From positions 15,400-79,399 of the forward strand of contig ONBM01000024.1 of NCBI GenBank assembly GCA_900316045.1: a DNA stretch of 64,000 nt, in the 5' to 3' direction. Origin of the DNA: an uncultured Bacteroidales bacterium (GTDB lineage: Bacteria > Bacteroidota > Bacteroidia > Bacteroidales > UBA932). The notes beneath the pieces are model-generated. The model was not told where the DNA came from, did no database searches, and worked only from the letters and a program-made list of their open reading frames with translations. Positions 26,743 through 37,153 of this stretch are shown here, one piece after another. A program made the position numbers and the translations under genes. Each line of letters begins with the position of its first letter. The stretch's first letter is position 1.

Positions 26743-27561
26743 TTAATATATCGCATCGCAAACGCCACGTAAATAGCCGAGTGATTCGGCGACGCTGGCG
26801 GTAGGGTTCTTGTCGCTATTCTTCTCCATCTCAATGGACACGACGCCTTGGTAATTCACCTTCTTGAGAGCCCTCACGATTGTCACGAAGTCCATCTGGC
26901 CGCGACCCATTTCCCAGGTGTGACCCGCCTTGGACGGAGCGGTCTCATCCTTGATGTGAATGTCGTAAATCCACTTGTGGTACTTGCGTATCTCTTTGGC
27001 TACGTCGTTTCCAGACCTGAATGAGTGGCCGAGATCCAGGCAGGCTCCAACTCCTAGGTTCGGATCCTTGACGAGTTCCATTATCTTGTAAATGTCAGGG
27101 AATGCTGCGCCGTCTGGCCCGTGAGTGTGGATGGCAACGCGGATTCCCGTATCGTGCACCTTCTGGATCACGTAATCTATCAGCTCATAGTCAGGGACGC
27201 CGATGAACATTTTCGCGCCATAGCGAGCGGCATAGTCGAAAGTCTTGTCGACATCTTCCTTGGAGCGCATGTAGATTGGCCCAAGGATGTAACCTTCGAC
27301 TCCGTAGCTGGCGCATTTAGCCTTGAATGCATCCATCTGCTCTTCAGTGGAGTTTAAAGGCAGCCAAAAGTCTTTGACCGACAAATACTTGACTCCCATG
27401 CTCTGGAGGTAGGCAAGTGTCTCGTCAATGTTGAATTTACGATAAGTGTAACCTGCGACTCCAATCTTCAAGTTGTCGGATTGGTGGGTTTTCCAAGTCT
27501 CTTGTGCGCTTAATGGAAGCACGCAAAGAGAGGCGATGATGAAAATTAAAATCTTCTTCAT
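26743..27561 (-). CDS. sugar phosphate isomerase/epimerase (xylose-isomerase-like TIM barrel), secreted
   Basis: Signal peptide. The blocks ...AIHTHG... and DLGH... are typical of the AP-endonuclease-2/TIM family. Confidence 0.75.
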   Translation of the reverse strand: MKKILIFIIASLCVLPLSAQETWKTHQSDNLKIGVAGYTYRKFNIDETLAYLQSMGVKYLSVKDFWLPLNSTEEQMDAFKAKCASYGVEGYILGPIYMRSKEDVDKTFDYAARYGAKMFIGVPDYELIDYVIQKVHDTGIRVAIHTHGPDGAAFPDIYKIMELVKDPNLGVGACLDLGHSFRSGNDVAKEIRKYHKWIYDIHIKDETAPSKAGHTWEMGRGQMDFVTIVRALKKVNYQGVVSIEMEKNSDKNPTASVAESLGYLRGVCDAIY

Positions 27562-27571
27562 GATAGAGAAA

Positions 27572-28660
27572 TTATGGTTGTTCTTTTTCCTGACTGCTTT
27601 CCTCTTCTTCTTTTGGCAGCACTATAGGACGGAAGCGCTTTTGGCGGCGTTCCCAGCGTTCGCGCGCAAACTGTTGCATGTCAGTGGCCTGGTCGTTTTC
27701 GTCTATGATTTCAAGGCCCAAGATGGTTTCTATTATGTCTTCGAGAGTGATTATGCCTTGGAATGCGCCGTAATCATCAATTATCAAGGATATTTGCTCA
27801 TGTTTCCTGAGCAGTTCTTCCCAGATGACATCCAGAGTGTCTTCCTCCCTGAAGAACGATATCGGACGTTTCAAGTCTTTCAGCCTCTTGTCGAACTCGT
27901 CGTCTGCAAGTCCCTCCAGGGCATCGCTAAGTAATATGTAGCCCGTGATGAATTCCGGAGAGTCGTTGTAAACAGGTATTCTCGAGAAATGGAGGTACGT
28001 GTCGTTTTTGTAGAAGTTTTTCAGCGTCATGTTCTCCTGCGCGGTCATGCAGACTATTCTTGGAGTCATTGCGTCTGCGGCAGAGACGGTATCCAGCTTC
28101 ATGATATTCTGGATGACTTTATTCTCCCCTTGGTCGATTACTCCTTCTTGCGCTCCTATATTGGCCATGGCTGTCACTTCTTCGCGGCTTACGGTAGCCT
28201 CATCGTCGTTCGGCGTAAGCCATTTCGTGATGAGTTTTATGAGCAGGACGAATGGAAACAGCAGTACGATCATGAAACTTATGCAACCTGTGGCAAAGCC
28301 CATGAGACTCTTCCAGTAAGACGTGCCGATGGTCTTAGGGACGATCTCTGAGAATATCAGGATGAGCAGGGTGGTGATGGCGGAAATTACTCCGAACCCA
28401 GCGCTTCCAAAAACCTTTGTTGCCTGCATGCCGACTCCTGCGGCGCCAAAAGTGTTTGCTATTGTATTAAGGGATAGAATGGCAGCCAGGGCTTTGTCTG
28501 GGTCTGTCTTATATTCGTAGAATTTCACGGCTGGCTTATATCCTTGCTCCTTTTTCATAGTAACGAATGAAAGCGGAGTGGACATCAGCACGGATTCCAG
28601 GATGGAACATAAAAAAGAGATTAGAAGAGTCCCAAGCAGGAATAATATCAGTAGAAGCAT
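27572..28660 (-). CDS. CNNM/DUF21 plus CBS-pair transporter (hemolysin/CorC family)
   Basis: N-terminal four-TM DUF21 followed by a CBS pair. It appears to lack the CorC_HlyC C-terminal domain. Confidence 0.8.
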   Translation of the reverse strand: MLLLILFLLGTLLISFLCSILESVLMSTPLSFVTMKKEQGYKPAVKFYEYKTDPDKALAAILSLNTIANTFGAAGVGMQATKVFGSAGFGVISAITTLLILIFSEIVPKTIGTSYWKSLMGFATGCISFMIVLLFPFVLLIKLITKWLTPNDDEATVSREEVTAMANIGAQEGVIDQGENKVIQNIMKLDTVSAADAMTPRIVCMTAQENMTLKNFYKNDTYLHFSRIPVYNDSPEFITGYILLSDALEGLADDEFDKRLKDLKRPISFFREEDTLDVIWEELLRKHEQISLIIDDYGAFQGIITLEDIIETILGLEIIDENDQATDMQQFARERWERRQKRFRPIVLPKEEEESSQEKEQP

Positions 28661-28743
28661 AACCGGTTCCTGGTTTTATTTATGCAAATATAATATAATT
28701 GGCATTAAAATCATTATATTCGTATTCGCACATAACAAGACAC

Positions 28744-31407
28744 ATGCGTAATTTTATCATTTCAACAGCCTTACTGCTAATAATGGCCAATGCAGCGGCT
28801 GCCAATTTAACAATCAGCGATGCCCAATGTTGTTTCCTAAAGAATCCGCTTGGCATCGAGGAGCCGACGTTCGGGTGGAAGCTTCTTTCCGACAGGAACG
28901 GAATGCGTCAAAGCGCATGGGAGATCAGGATATCAGAAGCGCCCAATGTTCCAAGAGGTGATGTTTGGGATTCAGGGAAGGTTCTAGGGGAGGAGCAATT
29001 CGGAATCGTCCCAGATGGCCTCATGTTGAAATCTGCATCAACATATTATTGGAAAGCCAGGGTGTGGGATTCGGATGGGAAGGCAAGCGCATGGAGCGAA
29101 GTCTCCAGTTTTTCTACCGGAATATTGAGAAAAGAAGACTGGAAAGGCAGCTGGATAACCGCTGAGTGGGAGAGCTGCGCGTCCATGCCCTATTTCAGGA
29201 AGGAATTCAAGATCGAGGGCAAAGTGAGAAGGGCGACAGTTTTCGCTTGCTGCCTTGGCGCAGGTGACATATTCATTAATGGAGATTATGTCGATGAATC
29301 GGCGATCCTTGATCCGGCCCAGACGAATTATGAGCAATATGCCCTGTACCGTGCAATTGACGTCACTGGAAAACTAGTGAAAGGGGAGAACTGCGTCGGA
29401 GCCATGATTTACGATGGATGGTATAATCAGAAAGAAGTGTTCGCCAATTTCAGCTACGGCTCTCCGATGCTCAGGATTCAGTTGGTCATTGAATATACCG
29501 ACGGTGCTTCCGATGTGGTCGCAACAGATGGCTCATGGCAGTGGAAGCCGGGACCTGTCGTTTCTGCAAATATTTACAGCGGAGAAGTTTACGATGCTCG
29601 TCTTGAAGTGAAAGATTGGTGCATGGCGACATCATGTAATATACATGGATGGAAGAATGCGTCACAGCTCAGCCCATATATTGAGCTAAGGTCTCAGATA
29701 ATGCCGCCGATGAGGACGAAAGACGTTCTGGAAGCCGTGAATTTCTGGAAGACGTCACGCGGCACATGGATTTACGACTTCGGGAAAAACACGACTTCCG
29801 ATATCAGGATTGAGGCACAGATGCCAGCCGGCACTAGGTTTACGGTACGCATGTCGGAGGAAAAAGCACCGTCCGGAGACAGCCTGGACTTCAGTTCAAC
29901 TGGGACTTTCGTAGTGCCGGTTCAGACCGATGAATATATTTTCAAGGGCGAAGGCCTCGAAACTTGGATGCCACGTGGTACATATCATGGCTTCCGATAC
30001 GCCGAGTTGAAGGTGAGCGGATCCTCAATCACCCCTCAAAAAGAATGGCTTAAGGCGGTGAACGTTCACAGCGACATTCGCGACAAAGGTCATTTCGAAT
30101 GCAGCGACCCTCAGCTAAACCGCTTGCATGAACTGGCCGTAGGCACCCTGCGTGGCTCAATGCTAGGAGTTCCCGTGGACTGCCCTACAAGGGAAAAATG
30201 CGGATGGCTGGGAGACTCTCACGCTTATGTCAAAATGCAGATGATGAACTTTGATGCCGAAAATTTCCTTTTGAAATATATGGACGACATTGAGTCCGGC
30301 GCCAAGCCGGAACTGAAGAACACTCTCTTCCATCTGAGGAAGAACGTGTTCTTCTATTACGCAGACAAGGCTTCCGGCATCCCTTTCATGATAGCTCCTG
30401 GCAAACGCCTGTGCGGCGTGGCATCACCGGATTGGGGAACGGCAGTCGTCCAGCTGCCTTGGCATCTCTATCTGTATTGCGGTAACCGCCGTGCGATTGA
30501 GAAATACTATCATTTCATGAAACAGTGGACGAATCACGTTACCTCCACGTCAGTCGGAAATATTGTTTACGAGGGTTTGGGCGATTGGTGCCCTCCATAC
30601 GGATTCAGCGGCACAGACACTCCGGTTGAACTCACTTCCACCGCATTCCATTACTACGATCTGTGCATAATGGAACAGGCTGCTGATCTTCTTGGGGAAA
30701 ACGAGGACAAGGCCATATTCAAAGCCGAGAAGGAAGCGGTCAGGAAGGCATTCGTCGAGAAGTTTTACAATCCTGTGCTGAAATCATTCGGTTCACAGAC
30801 CGGTAATGCCATGGCCTTGGATTTAGGACTTTGTCCCGAGGGCGAGGAGAGCGAAGTAGCAGCATCCATAGTTCAGGAAATCCGGCTTCACGATAATTTC
30901 TTAAGCACTGGAATCTTCGGCATCGCTAGAATTGGTTCAGCCTTGAGCCGTCATGGGAAGGCAAATGAGGCCTTTGCGCTCTTCACTAAAAAAGGGCGGA
31001 ACAGTTTCGAGTGGATGTGGGATAAATACGATGCGACCACGCTTTGGGAGAACCTGCCTATCAACGACGAAGCAGTATCCATGTCAAAGAATGCTTCACA
31101 TTGCCACCCTATGCAGGCAGGTTACGACTCATGGTTCTATGAGGACGTGGCAGGAATAAGACCAGCCAGCCCTGGTTTCAAGAAAATACTGTTTCAGCCT
31201 TGCTTCCCTGGCAAGCTTGAATATGCAAGGGCTTATGTCGAGAGCAGGTACGGCATCGTGAGAAGCGAATGGCGCAGGGTCGGAAATTCCATCGAGTGGA
31301 ATATTTCAATCCCAACAGGATGCTCAGCTGAGGCTGTGCTGCCAGACGGAACTATTAGGCATTACGAGTCCGGGGATTACATCATTAATTTCGATGATGT
31401 GAAATAA
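28744..31407 (+). CDS. alpha-L-rhamnosidase, glycoside hydrolase family 78
   Basis: GH78 N-terminal block (YYWKARVWDSDGKASAWSE) and catalytic block VDCPTREKCGWLGDSH. The start was set at the ATG at 28744. Confidence 0.85.
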   Translation: MRNFIISTALLLIMANAAAANLTISDAQCCFLKNPLGIEEPTFGWKLLSDRNGMRQSAWEIRISEAPNVPRGDVWDSGKVLGEEQFGIVPDGLMLKSASTYYWKARVWDSDGKASAWSEVSSFSTGILRKEDWKGSWITAEWESCASMPYFRKEFKIEGKVRRATVFACCLGAGDIFINGDYVDESAILDPAQTNYEQYALYRAIDVTGKLVKGENCVGAMIYDGWYNQKEVFANFSYGSPMLRIQLVIEYTDGASDVVATDGSWQWKPGPVVSANIYSGEVYDARLEVKDWCMATSCNIHGWKNASQLSPYIELRSQIMPPMRTKDVLEAVNFWKTSRGTWIYDFGKNTTSDIRIEAQMPAGTRFTVRMSEEKAPSGDSLDFSSTGTFVVPVQTDEYIFKGEGLETWMPRGTYHGFRYAELKVSGSSITPQKEWLKAVNVHSDIRDKGHFECSDPQLNRLHELAVGTLRGSMLGVPVDCPTREKCGWLGDSHAYVKMQMMNFDAENFLLKYMDDIESGAKPELKNTLFHLRKNVFFYYADKASGIPFMIAPGKRLCGVASPDWGTAVVQLPWHLYLYCGNRRAIEKYYHFMKQWTNHVTSTSVGNIVYEGLGDWCPPYGFSGTDTPVELTSTAFHYYDLCIMEQAADLLGENEDKAIFKAEKEAVRKAFVEKFYNPVLKSFGSQTGNAMALDLGLCPEGEESEVAASIVQEIRLHDNFLSTGIFGIARIGSALSRHGKANEAFALFTKKGRNSFEWMWDKYDATTLWENLPINDEAVSMSKNASHCHPMQAGYDSWFYEDVAGIRPASPGFKKILFQPCFPGKLEYARAYVESRYGIVRSEWRRVGNSIEWNISIPTGCSAEAVLPDGTIRHYESGDYIINFDDVK

Positions 31408-31408
31408 C

Positions 31409-31993
31409 TCAATCTTTTAGAAAACTTTGCAGTTCCTCCCAGAAGCGGTGGGTAGGGAAGCCCATGACATTATAGAAGGAACCCTCGATCCGGGATATTC
31501 CCACATATCCTATCCATTCCTGGATTCCGTAGGCCCCAGCCTTGTCGTAAGGCTTGAAGTTATCGATGTAATAGTTTATTTGTTCGTCAGTTAATTCCTT
31601 GAAATACACATTCGTGGTCACCGAGAATGTCTTCAGTCTGGCTGTGTTCCTGATCGTGACCGCAGTAATGACCTGATGCTCTCTTCCAGAAAGAAGCTTA
31701 AGCATTCTTTCAGCCTCTTCGTGGCTATGCGCCTTTCCTAGAATCTCTTTTCCGCACAGCACCATGGTATCGGATGTGACTAGAATCTCGTCCTGAGTCA
31801 GATTCCTGTGGAATCCCAAAGATTTTCCTTCGGACATTGCCCGGGGTATTTGCTCATGAGGAATGCCTGCCGGCGTGCTCTCTACGAATGATGTTTCCGC
31901 ATCGACCGTGAAAGGAATGTCAAGGCCTTCAAGGAGTTCTTTCCGGCGAGGGGAGTTCGACGCAAGTATGATTTTCTTGCCATTCAGATTCAT
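31409..31993 (-). CDS. maf: Maf family nucleoside triphosphate pyrophosphatase
   Basis: ILASNSPRRKELL and KAGAYGIQE blocks. Confidence 0.9.
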   Translation of the reverse strand: MNLNGKKIILASNSPRRKELLEGLDIPFTVDAETSFVESTPAGIPHEQIPRAMSEGKSLGFHRNLTQDEILVTSDTMVLCGKEILGKAHSHEEAERMLKLLSGREHQVITAVTIRNTARLKTFSVTTNVYFKELTDEQINYYIDNFKPYDKAGAYGIQEWIGYVGISRIEGSFYNVMGFPTHRFWEELQSFLKD

Positions 31994-31997
31994 ATTC

Positions 31998-32528
31998 CTA
32001 GAACATCTCCTTGTATGTCTTAGTGCTGAATGTCCAATCTCCGCGAGCTTTCATCACTTTTTCGATGTATTCCCTCACGAAAGAATGCCCGCCAGGCCTT
32101 TCCGATACGATGTCAGCAATTGCTTTCGTGTCCTCGCAAGCATCGACAGGGCATATTCCCAAGCCAGCTGCCTGCATCACTTCGATGTCAGGGACATCGT
32201 CACCGAAAAACATTACGTCTGAGTATTTTAGATTGTGTCTCTTGCAGAAATCCTCAAAGTCTTCCATCTTGTTCCTGGAGCCTAAATACACATCTTCGGG
32301 AGGAACGCCAATCGTTTTCATTCTGGCGCAGATGCTTTGTGCCCTGCCTCCGGTGATTATGCCGACAGGGTAATCGTGCATCCTGGCCATGCGCACGCCG
32401 AATCCGTCTTTCGAGTCGAAAGTCCTGTAAAGCTGCCCCTCATTGTCCGCAAGTATGCCTCCGTTCGTCATGACGCCGTCAACGTCCATGGCGAAAGCCT
32501 TGATCTTCTTGAAATCACTCATATTCAA
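31998..32528 (-). CDS. kdsC: 3-deoxy-D-manno-octulosonate 8-phosphate phosphatase (HAD-IIIA)
   Basis: FAMDVDGVMTNG HAD motif I, GDDVPD motif, and KdsC size. Confidence 0.8.
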   Translation of the reverse strand: MNMSDFKKIKAFAMDVDGVMTNGGILADNEGQLYRTFDSKDGFGVRMARMHDYPVGIITGGRAQSICARMKTIGVPPEDVYLGSRNKMEDFEDFCKRHNLKYSDVMFFGDDVPDIEVMQAAGLGICPVDACEDTKAIADIVSERPGGHSFVREYIEKVMKARGDWTFSTKTYKEMF

Positions 32529-32860
32529 GATTTTGTGCCGTTAGGCCCGAACTGAGGCAAGTCTCCCAAGTTGAAAGTGCCGCCTTCATTGTGCTTCGCT
32601 CCGTTTCCAAGGTTGATGAGTCCGAACTGCGTCTCGTACTTCGTTACATTGTCCATCAGTGCATTCAGAAGCATTTTGGCATGCTCCGGAGTCATTATTA
32701 TCCTGTTAGTGATGGCCGGCTTAGGAAAACCTGGCAGGTTGGATGCGAAATCCACGATGAACTCGCTGCGGGAGTGAGTGATTATCGCAAGGTTCGAATA
32801 TGTTCCCTTTGCGACTTCCGGATTTAGCTCAATGCTAATCTCGTTCTTCTTATCTTCCAT
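32525..32860 (-). CDS. DUF3467 domain protein
   Basis: GTYSNLAIITHSRSEFIVDFA...MTPEHAKMLLNAL block. Confidence 0.75.
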   Translation of the reverse strand: MEDKKNEISIELNPEVAKGTYSNLAIITHSRSEFIVDFASNLPGFPKPAITNRIIMTPEHAKMLLNALMDNVTKYETQFGLINLGNGAKHNEGGTFNLGDLPQFGPNGTKS

Positions 32861-32914
32861 ATTTATCTTAGTTAACTATTCCACATGTGACGCAAATTTA
32901 GTTAAAATAAATGT

Positions 32915-32922
32915 TATATTTG
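32915..32922 (+). promoter_or_regulatory. -7 promoter box TATATTTG upstream of valS
   Basis: Exact TAnnTTTG, 27 nt upstream of the ATG at 32949. Confidence 0.4.
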
Positions 32923-32948
32923 TAGCCTGATTGAAATAACAGGAATCA

Positions 32949-35610
32949 ATGAACGAGAATAGACAGCTTTCAGAAAAGTATGATCCGGCCGAAGTGGAGG
33001 ATAAGTGGTATGCCTGGTGGCTAGACCATAAATGCTTTCATTCAGAACCCAACGAGAAAACACCATACACCATAGTAATTCCACCGCCAAACGTGACGGG
33101 AATCCTGCACATGGGCCATGTGCTGAACAACACGCTCAATGACGTGCTGATCCGTAAGGCAAGGATGGACGGGAAAAATGCTTGCTGGGTGCCGGGTACC
33201 GATCATGCGTCCATAGCCACTGAGAATAAAGTGGTTGCGAAGCTCAAAGATATGGGAATCTCCAAGGATAGCCTCACTCGTGAGGAATTCCTGAAATATG
33301 CCTGGGAATGGAAGGAAGAGCATGGCGGAATCATTTTGAAGCAGCTCAGGAAGTTAGGAGCATCTTGCGATTGGGACCGCACTAGGTTCACGATGGAACC
33401 TGATCTTTCCCGTGCCGTCATAAACACCTTCGTGTATTTCTATAAGAAAGGCATGATTTACCGAGGCGTGCGAATGGTCAATTGGGATCCTGAAGCACTT
33501 ACGGCCATCAGCGACGATGAAGTGATGCATAAGGATACCCAAAGCCATCTCTATCATCTCAGATATTATATTTCTGACGGTAAGGGGAACAGGACTGACA
33601 AATACATAGTAGTCGCGACCACTCGTCCTGAAACCATCATGGCAGATGCGGCAGTGAGCATAAATCCTGCTGACGAGAGGTATCACTGGCTGAAAGGCAA
33701 AAAGGTGCTTATCCCACTAATCAATAAAGAAATACCTATCATAGAGGACTCATATGTAGAGATTGATTTCGGTACTGGATGCCTGAAAGTCACGCCTGCG
33801 CATGACGCTCACGACTACGAGATAGGCATGAGGCACAATCTCCCTATCCTGGACATCATCGATGAACATGGCAGGTTGAACGAGAAAGCTCAGATCCTTG
33901 TTGGCGAGGATCGTTTCGTGGCGAGAAAAAAGATCGTCAAAATGCTCGAGGAATCCGGCAGCCTGGAGAAAGTCGAGGAGTACAATTCGCCAATAGGATA
34001 TTCTGAGAGGACGAATGCCGTCATCGAACCTAGACTCTCCGCACAGTGGTTTTTGAAGATGGATAAGCTGGCAGAGAAAGCTCTGGACAGCGTTGAGAGC
34101 GGAAGAGTCAAGCTGATTCCTGACAAGTATCGCAACACGTACCGTCATTGGATGGAGAACGTGCATGACTGGTGCATTTCCCGCCAGCTCTGGTGGGGGC
34201 AGCGCATCCCTGCATACTACCTGCCTGACGGGAAAGTGATTGTGGAAGAATCCCCGGAAGCAGCTCTCTCAGAGGCTCAGAAGATAAACCCATCATATAC
34301 TGCCAATGATCTGAGACAGGATGAGGATGTCCTGGATACATGGTTTTCCAGCTGGCTCTGGCCTATCTCTGTCTTCGACCCGGATCGTCCGGGCCATCCG
34401 GAGCACGAGCCTAACGCAGACCTGGCATATTATTACCCTACGAACGACCTTGTGACTGGTCCTGACATCCTTTTCTTCTGGGTAGCCAGAATGATCATGG
34501 CTGGGGTTCATGGGCGATGTCCCTTTCAGCAATGTCTATCTGACTGGCATCGTGAGGGACAAGCTAGGCAGAAAGATGAGCAAGACTCTCGGCAACTCTC
34601 CGGATCCGCTCGTATTGATAAAACAATATGGGGCAGATGCAGTAAGAATAGGCATGCTGCTGTGCTCTTCGGCTGGCAACGACATATTCTATGATGAGTC
34701 ACAGGTTAAGCAGGGAAGGAACTTCTGCAACAAAATATGGAATTCTTTCAGGCTCATGAAGGGATGGACTGTTGATGAAAAAGCCGTCCAGCCTGAAGTT
34801 TGCAAAGTTGCCTCAAAATGGTTTAGCGATAAATTAAGTCAGGTCATTGAAACGGTTGAAGATCACTATTCTAAATATAGAATTTCAGATGCCTTGATGA
34901 CCATCTACAAGACCTACTGGGACGATTTCTGCTCTTGGTATCTCGAAGCTGTGAAACCAGCTTATGGCGAGGCTATAGACAAGGCCACTTATGATGCCAC
35001 GCTTAGGTATTTTGAATCGTTATTGAGAATGCTTCATCCTGTGATGCCTTTCATAACAGAAGAGCTCTGGCATGACATGGCTGACAGAGGCGAGGGGGAG
35101 ACGATTATGTATCAGCCATCCCCGGAAGCTAGCAAGCATGACGAACAGCTTCTAGACGACTTTGCATTAGCCGAGGAGACTGTGAATGCCGTGCGGAGCA
35201 TAAGGCAGCAAAAGAATATTCCTCAGAAAGATGCTTTGGAAGTAAAATATAAGGGAGCGTTTCCAAATGATATGGCTTCAGTCGTCAAAAAACTTGGAAA
35301 TATTTCTAATTTTGTACGGACTGACGATTTTGGGGACACCTCTACTGGAGCCTCTGTCATGGTAAGGACGCTCGAGATTTTCGTATCTCTCGGAGGATTA
35401 GTAGATGTTGATGAAGAGGTCAAGAAAGCAGAGGCTGAGCTCGAACACCAGAAAGAATTCCTGGCTGCAGTCAGGAAAAAGCTCTCAAATGAGTCGTTCA
35501 TGGCTCACGCTCCGGCAAAAGTCATCGAGCTTGAACACAAGAAAGAGGCTGACAGCCTCTCAAAGATCGAAAGTTTAGAAATTGCTTTAAAAGCATTGAA
35601 AAACAATTAG
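32949..35610 (+). CDS. valS: valine--tRNA ligase, reading frame interrupted by an apparent +1 shift in a G4 run at 34503-34506
   Basis: ORF 32949..34694 carries HIGH ([10 protein letters not shown]) and the class I core up to [14 protein letters not shown] 34510..35610, in the +1 frame, continues with [30 protein letters not shown] (KMSKS) and the coiled-coil tail. Removing one G gives [12 protein letters not shown]. Confidence 0.9.
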
Positions 35611-35657
35611 TGAAACAATTTAGTTAAAAAACATAACATTTTTGTTAGCGCTGGAAT

Positions 35658-36071
35658 ATGATGTATTCTGAGACAATTTTCCCTGTGAGGTATTATGAAA
35701 CCGATCAGATGGGCATAGTGCATCACTCAAATTACATAAGATATTTTGAGTGTGCCAGGAACGTGCTCATGGCTGAAGGCGGATACCCGATAGAGAAATG
35801 CGAAGAGGATGGCGTGACGATACCCATCGTTAAGATGGAATGCAATTACAAGCATCCAGCGAAGATGGGCGACATCGTAAGATGCGTCGCAATCATAGAA
35901 CAGGAACCATTGGCAAAGCTCTATGTGAAGCAAGCCGTCTACAATCAGGACAACGTCCTTTGCGCGGAGGGCCAGGCTACTCTCGGCTTCCTGAACAAGG
36001 AGACCGGACGCCCGACTCGTTGCCCAGATAAATTATTGGAAATGATAAGAAAACATATTAACGACAAATAA
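35658..36071 (+). CDS. acyl-CoA thioesterase (4HBT/YbgC family)
   Basis: VRYYETDQMGIVHHSNY hotdog-fold block. Confidence 0.8.
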   Translation: MMYSETIFPVRYYETDQMGIVHHSNYIRYFECARNVLMAEGGYPIEKCEEDGVTIPIVKMECNYKHPAKMGDIVRCVAIIEQEPLAKLYVKQAVYNQDNVLCAEGQATLGFLNKETGRPTRCPDKLLEMIRKHINDK

Positions 36072-36080
36072 TCACTCATT

Positions 36081-36335
36081 ATGAAAGCATTAATATTATT
36101 ACCACTCGGAGTCATCGGACCTTGGCAGTGGGTCATCATTGCCTTGGTAATCATCTTATTATTCGGCGGAAAGAAGATCCCTGAGCTGATGAGAGGCCTA
36201 GGTAAGGGCATGAAAGAATTCAAGAAGGGGATGAATGACGTCGAGAATGACATCAAAGAAATCGATGCCGATTTGAACTCTACCGCAAAAACTCCGGAAA
36301 AGATCGAAAAAATCGAGGACAATAAGCAGAAATAG
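36081..36335 (+). CDS. tatA: twin-arginine translocase TatA/TatE family subunit
   Basis: One TM segment followed by [25 protein letters not shown]. Confidence 0.9.
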   Translation: MKALILLPLGVIGPWQWVIIALVIILLFGGKKIPELMRGLGKGMKEFKKGMNDVENDIKEIDADLNSTAKTPEKIEKIEDNKQK

Positions 36336-36358
36336 TTTGAATCTCATTTAGTTAGGTT

Positions 36359-37153
36359 GTGGCTGAAGAAACGGGGAACACAGGTTCGGAGATGTCCTTC
36401 TGGGACCATCTAGATGTATTGAGAGGAATGTTATTCCGCTCAATACTTGCCGTATTGGTTTGCAGTATAGTCGTTTTCTGCTTCAAGAGCTTCTTCTTTG
36501 ACGACATCATATTTGCGCCGACGCGAAGCGACTTTTTCATGTACAAGTTGCTCCACATGAGCGTGGACATGTCACTTGTAAACCTGGAAGTCTCTTCTCA
36601 GTTTTTCGTGCACCTTAGGGTCGCGATGGAGGTGGGCTTCATCCTGTCTTTTCCATACATTATTTTCGAAATATGGAAATTCATAGCTCCTGCCTTATAT
36701 AAGAGGGAAAAGAAGGCTGTCAGCACTGTATTTATTTTTTCTTCTTTTCTCTTCTACCTTGGCCTTGCCATCGGTTATCTGCTCATAGTTCCTATCTCGC
36801 TGAATTTCTTCCTCAATTACAAGGTCAGCGAAGTCGTGACTAACACTATATCGCTGAATTCTTACATATCTCTATTCAATTCCACGACATTGTCTTTCGG
36901 GATTGTGTTCGAGTTCCCTGCCGTGGTGATCATATTATCAGCTTTAGGAATACTATATCGCGATACCCTGCAAAAATACCGCAGGTACGCCATCGTGGTT
37001 ATCTCGTTCCTGGCCGCCATCATAACCCCGGCTGACCCTATGTCGATGATAATAGCTGCCGTTCCGCTTTTATTATTGTATGAAGTCAGCGTTCTGTGTT
37101 GCAGGAAACGTCCGAAAGAAACCGATGAAGAATTAACGGAGGCTGAGTCATGA
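36359..37153 (+). CDS. tatC: twin-arginine translocase subunit TatC
   Basis: MSFWDHLDVLR block and six TM segments. Putative GTG start. Confidence 0.85.
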   Translation: MAEETGNTGSEMSFWDHLDVLRGMLFRSILAVLVCSIVVFCFKSFFFDDIIFAPTRSDFFMYKLLHMSVDMSLVNLEVSSQFFVHLRVAMEVGFILSFPYIIFEIWKFIAPALYKREKKAVSTVFIFSSFLFYLGLAIGYLLIVPISLNFFLNYKVSEVVTNTISLNSYISLFNSTTLSFGIVFEFPAVVIILSALGILYRDTLQKYRRYAIVVISFLAAIITPADPMSMIIAAVPLLLLYEVSVLCCRKRPKETDEELTEAES

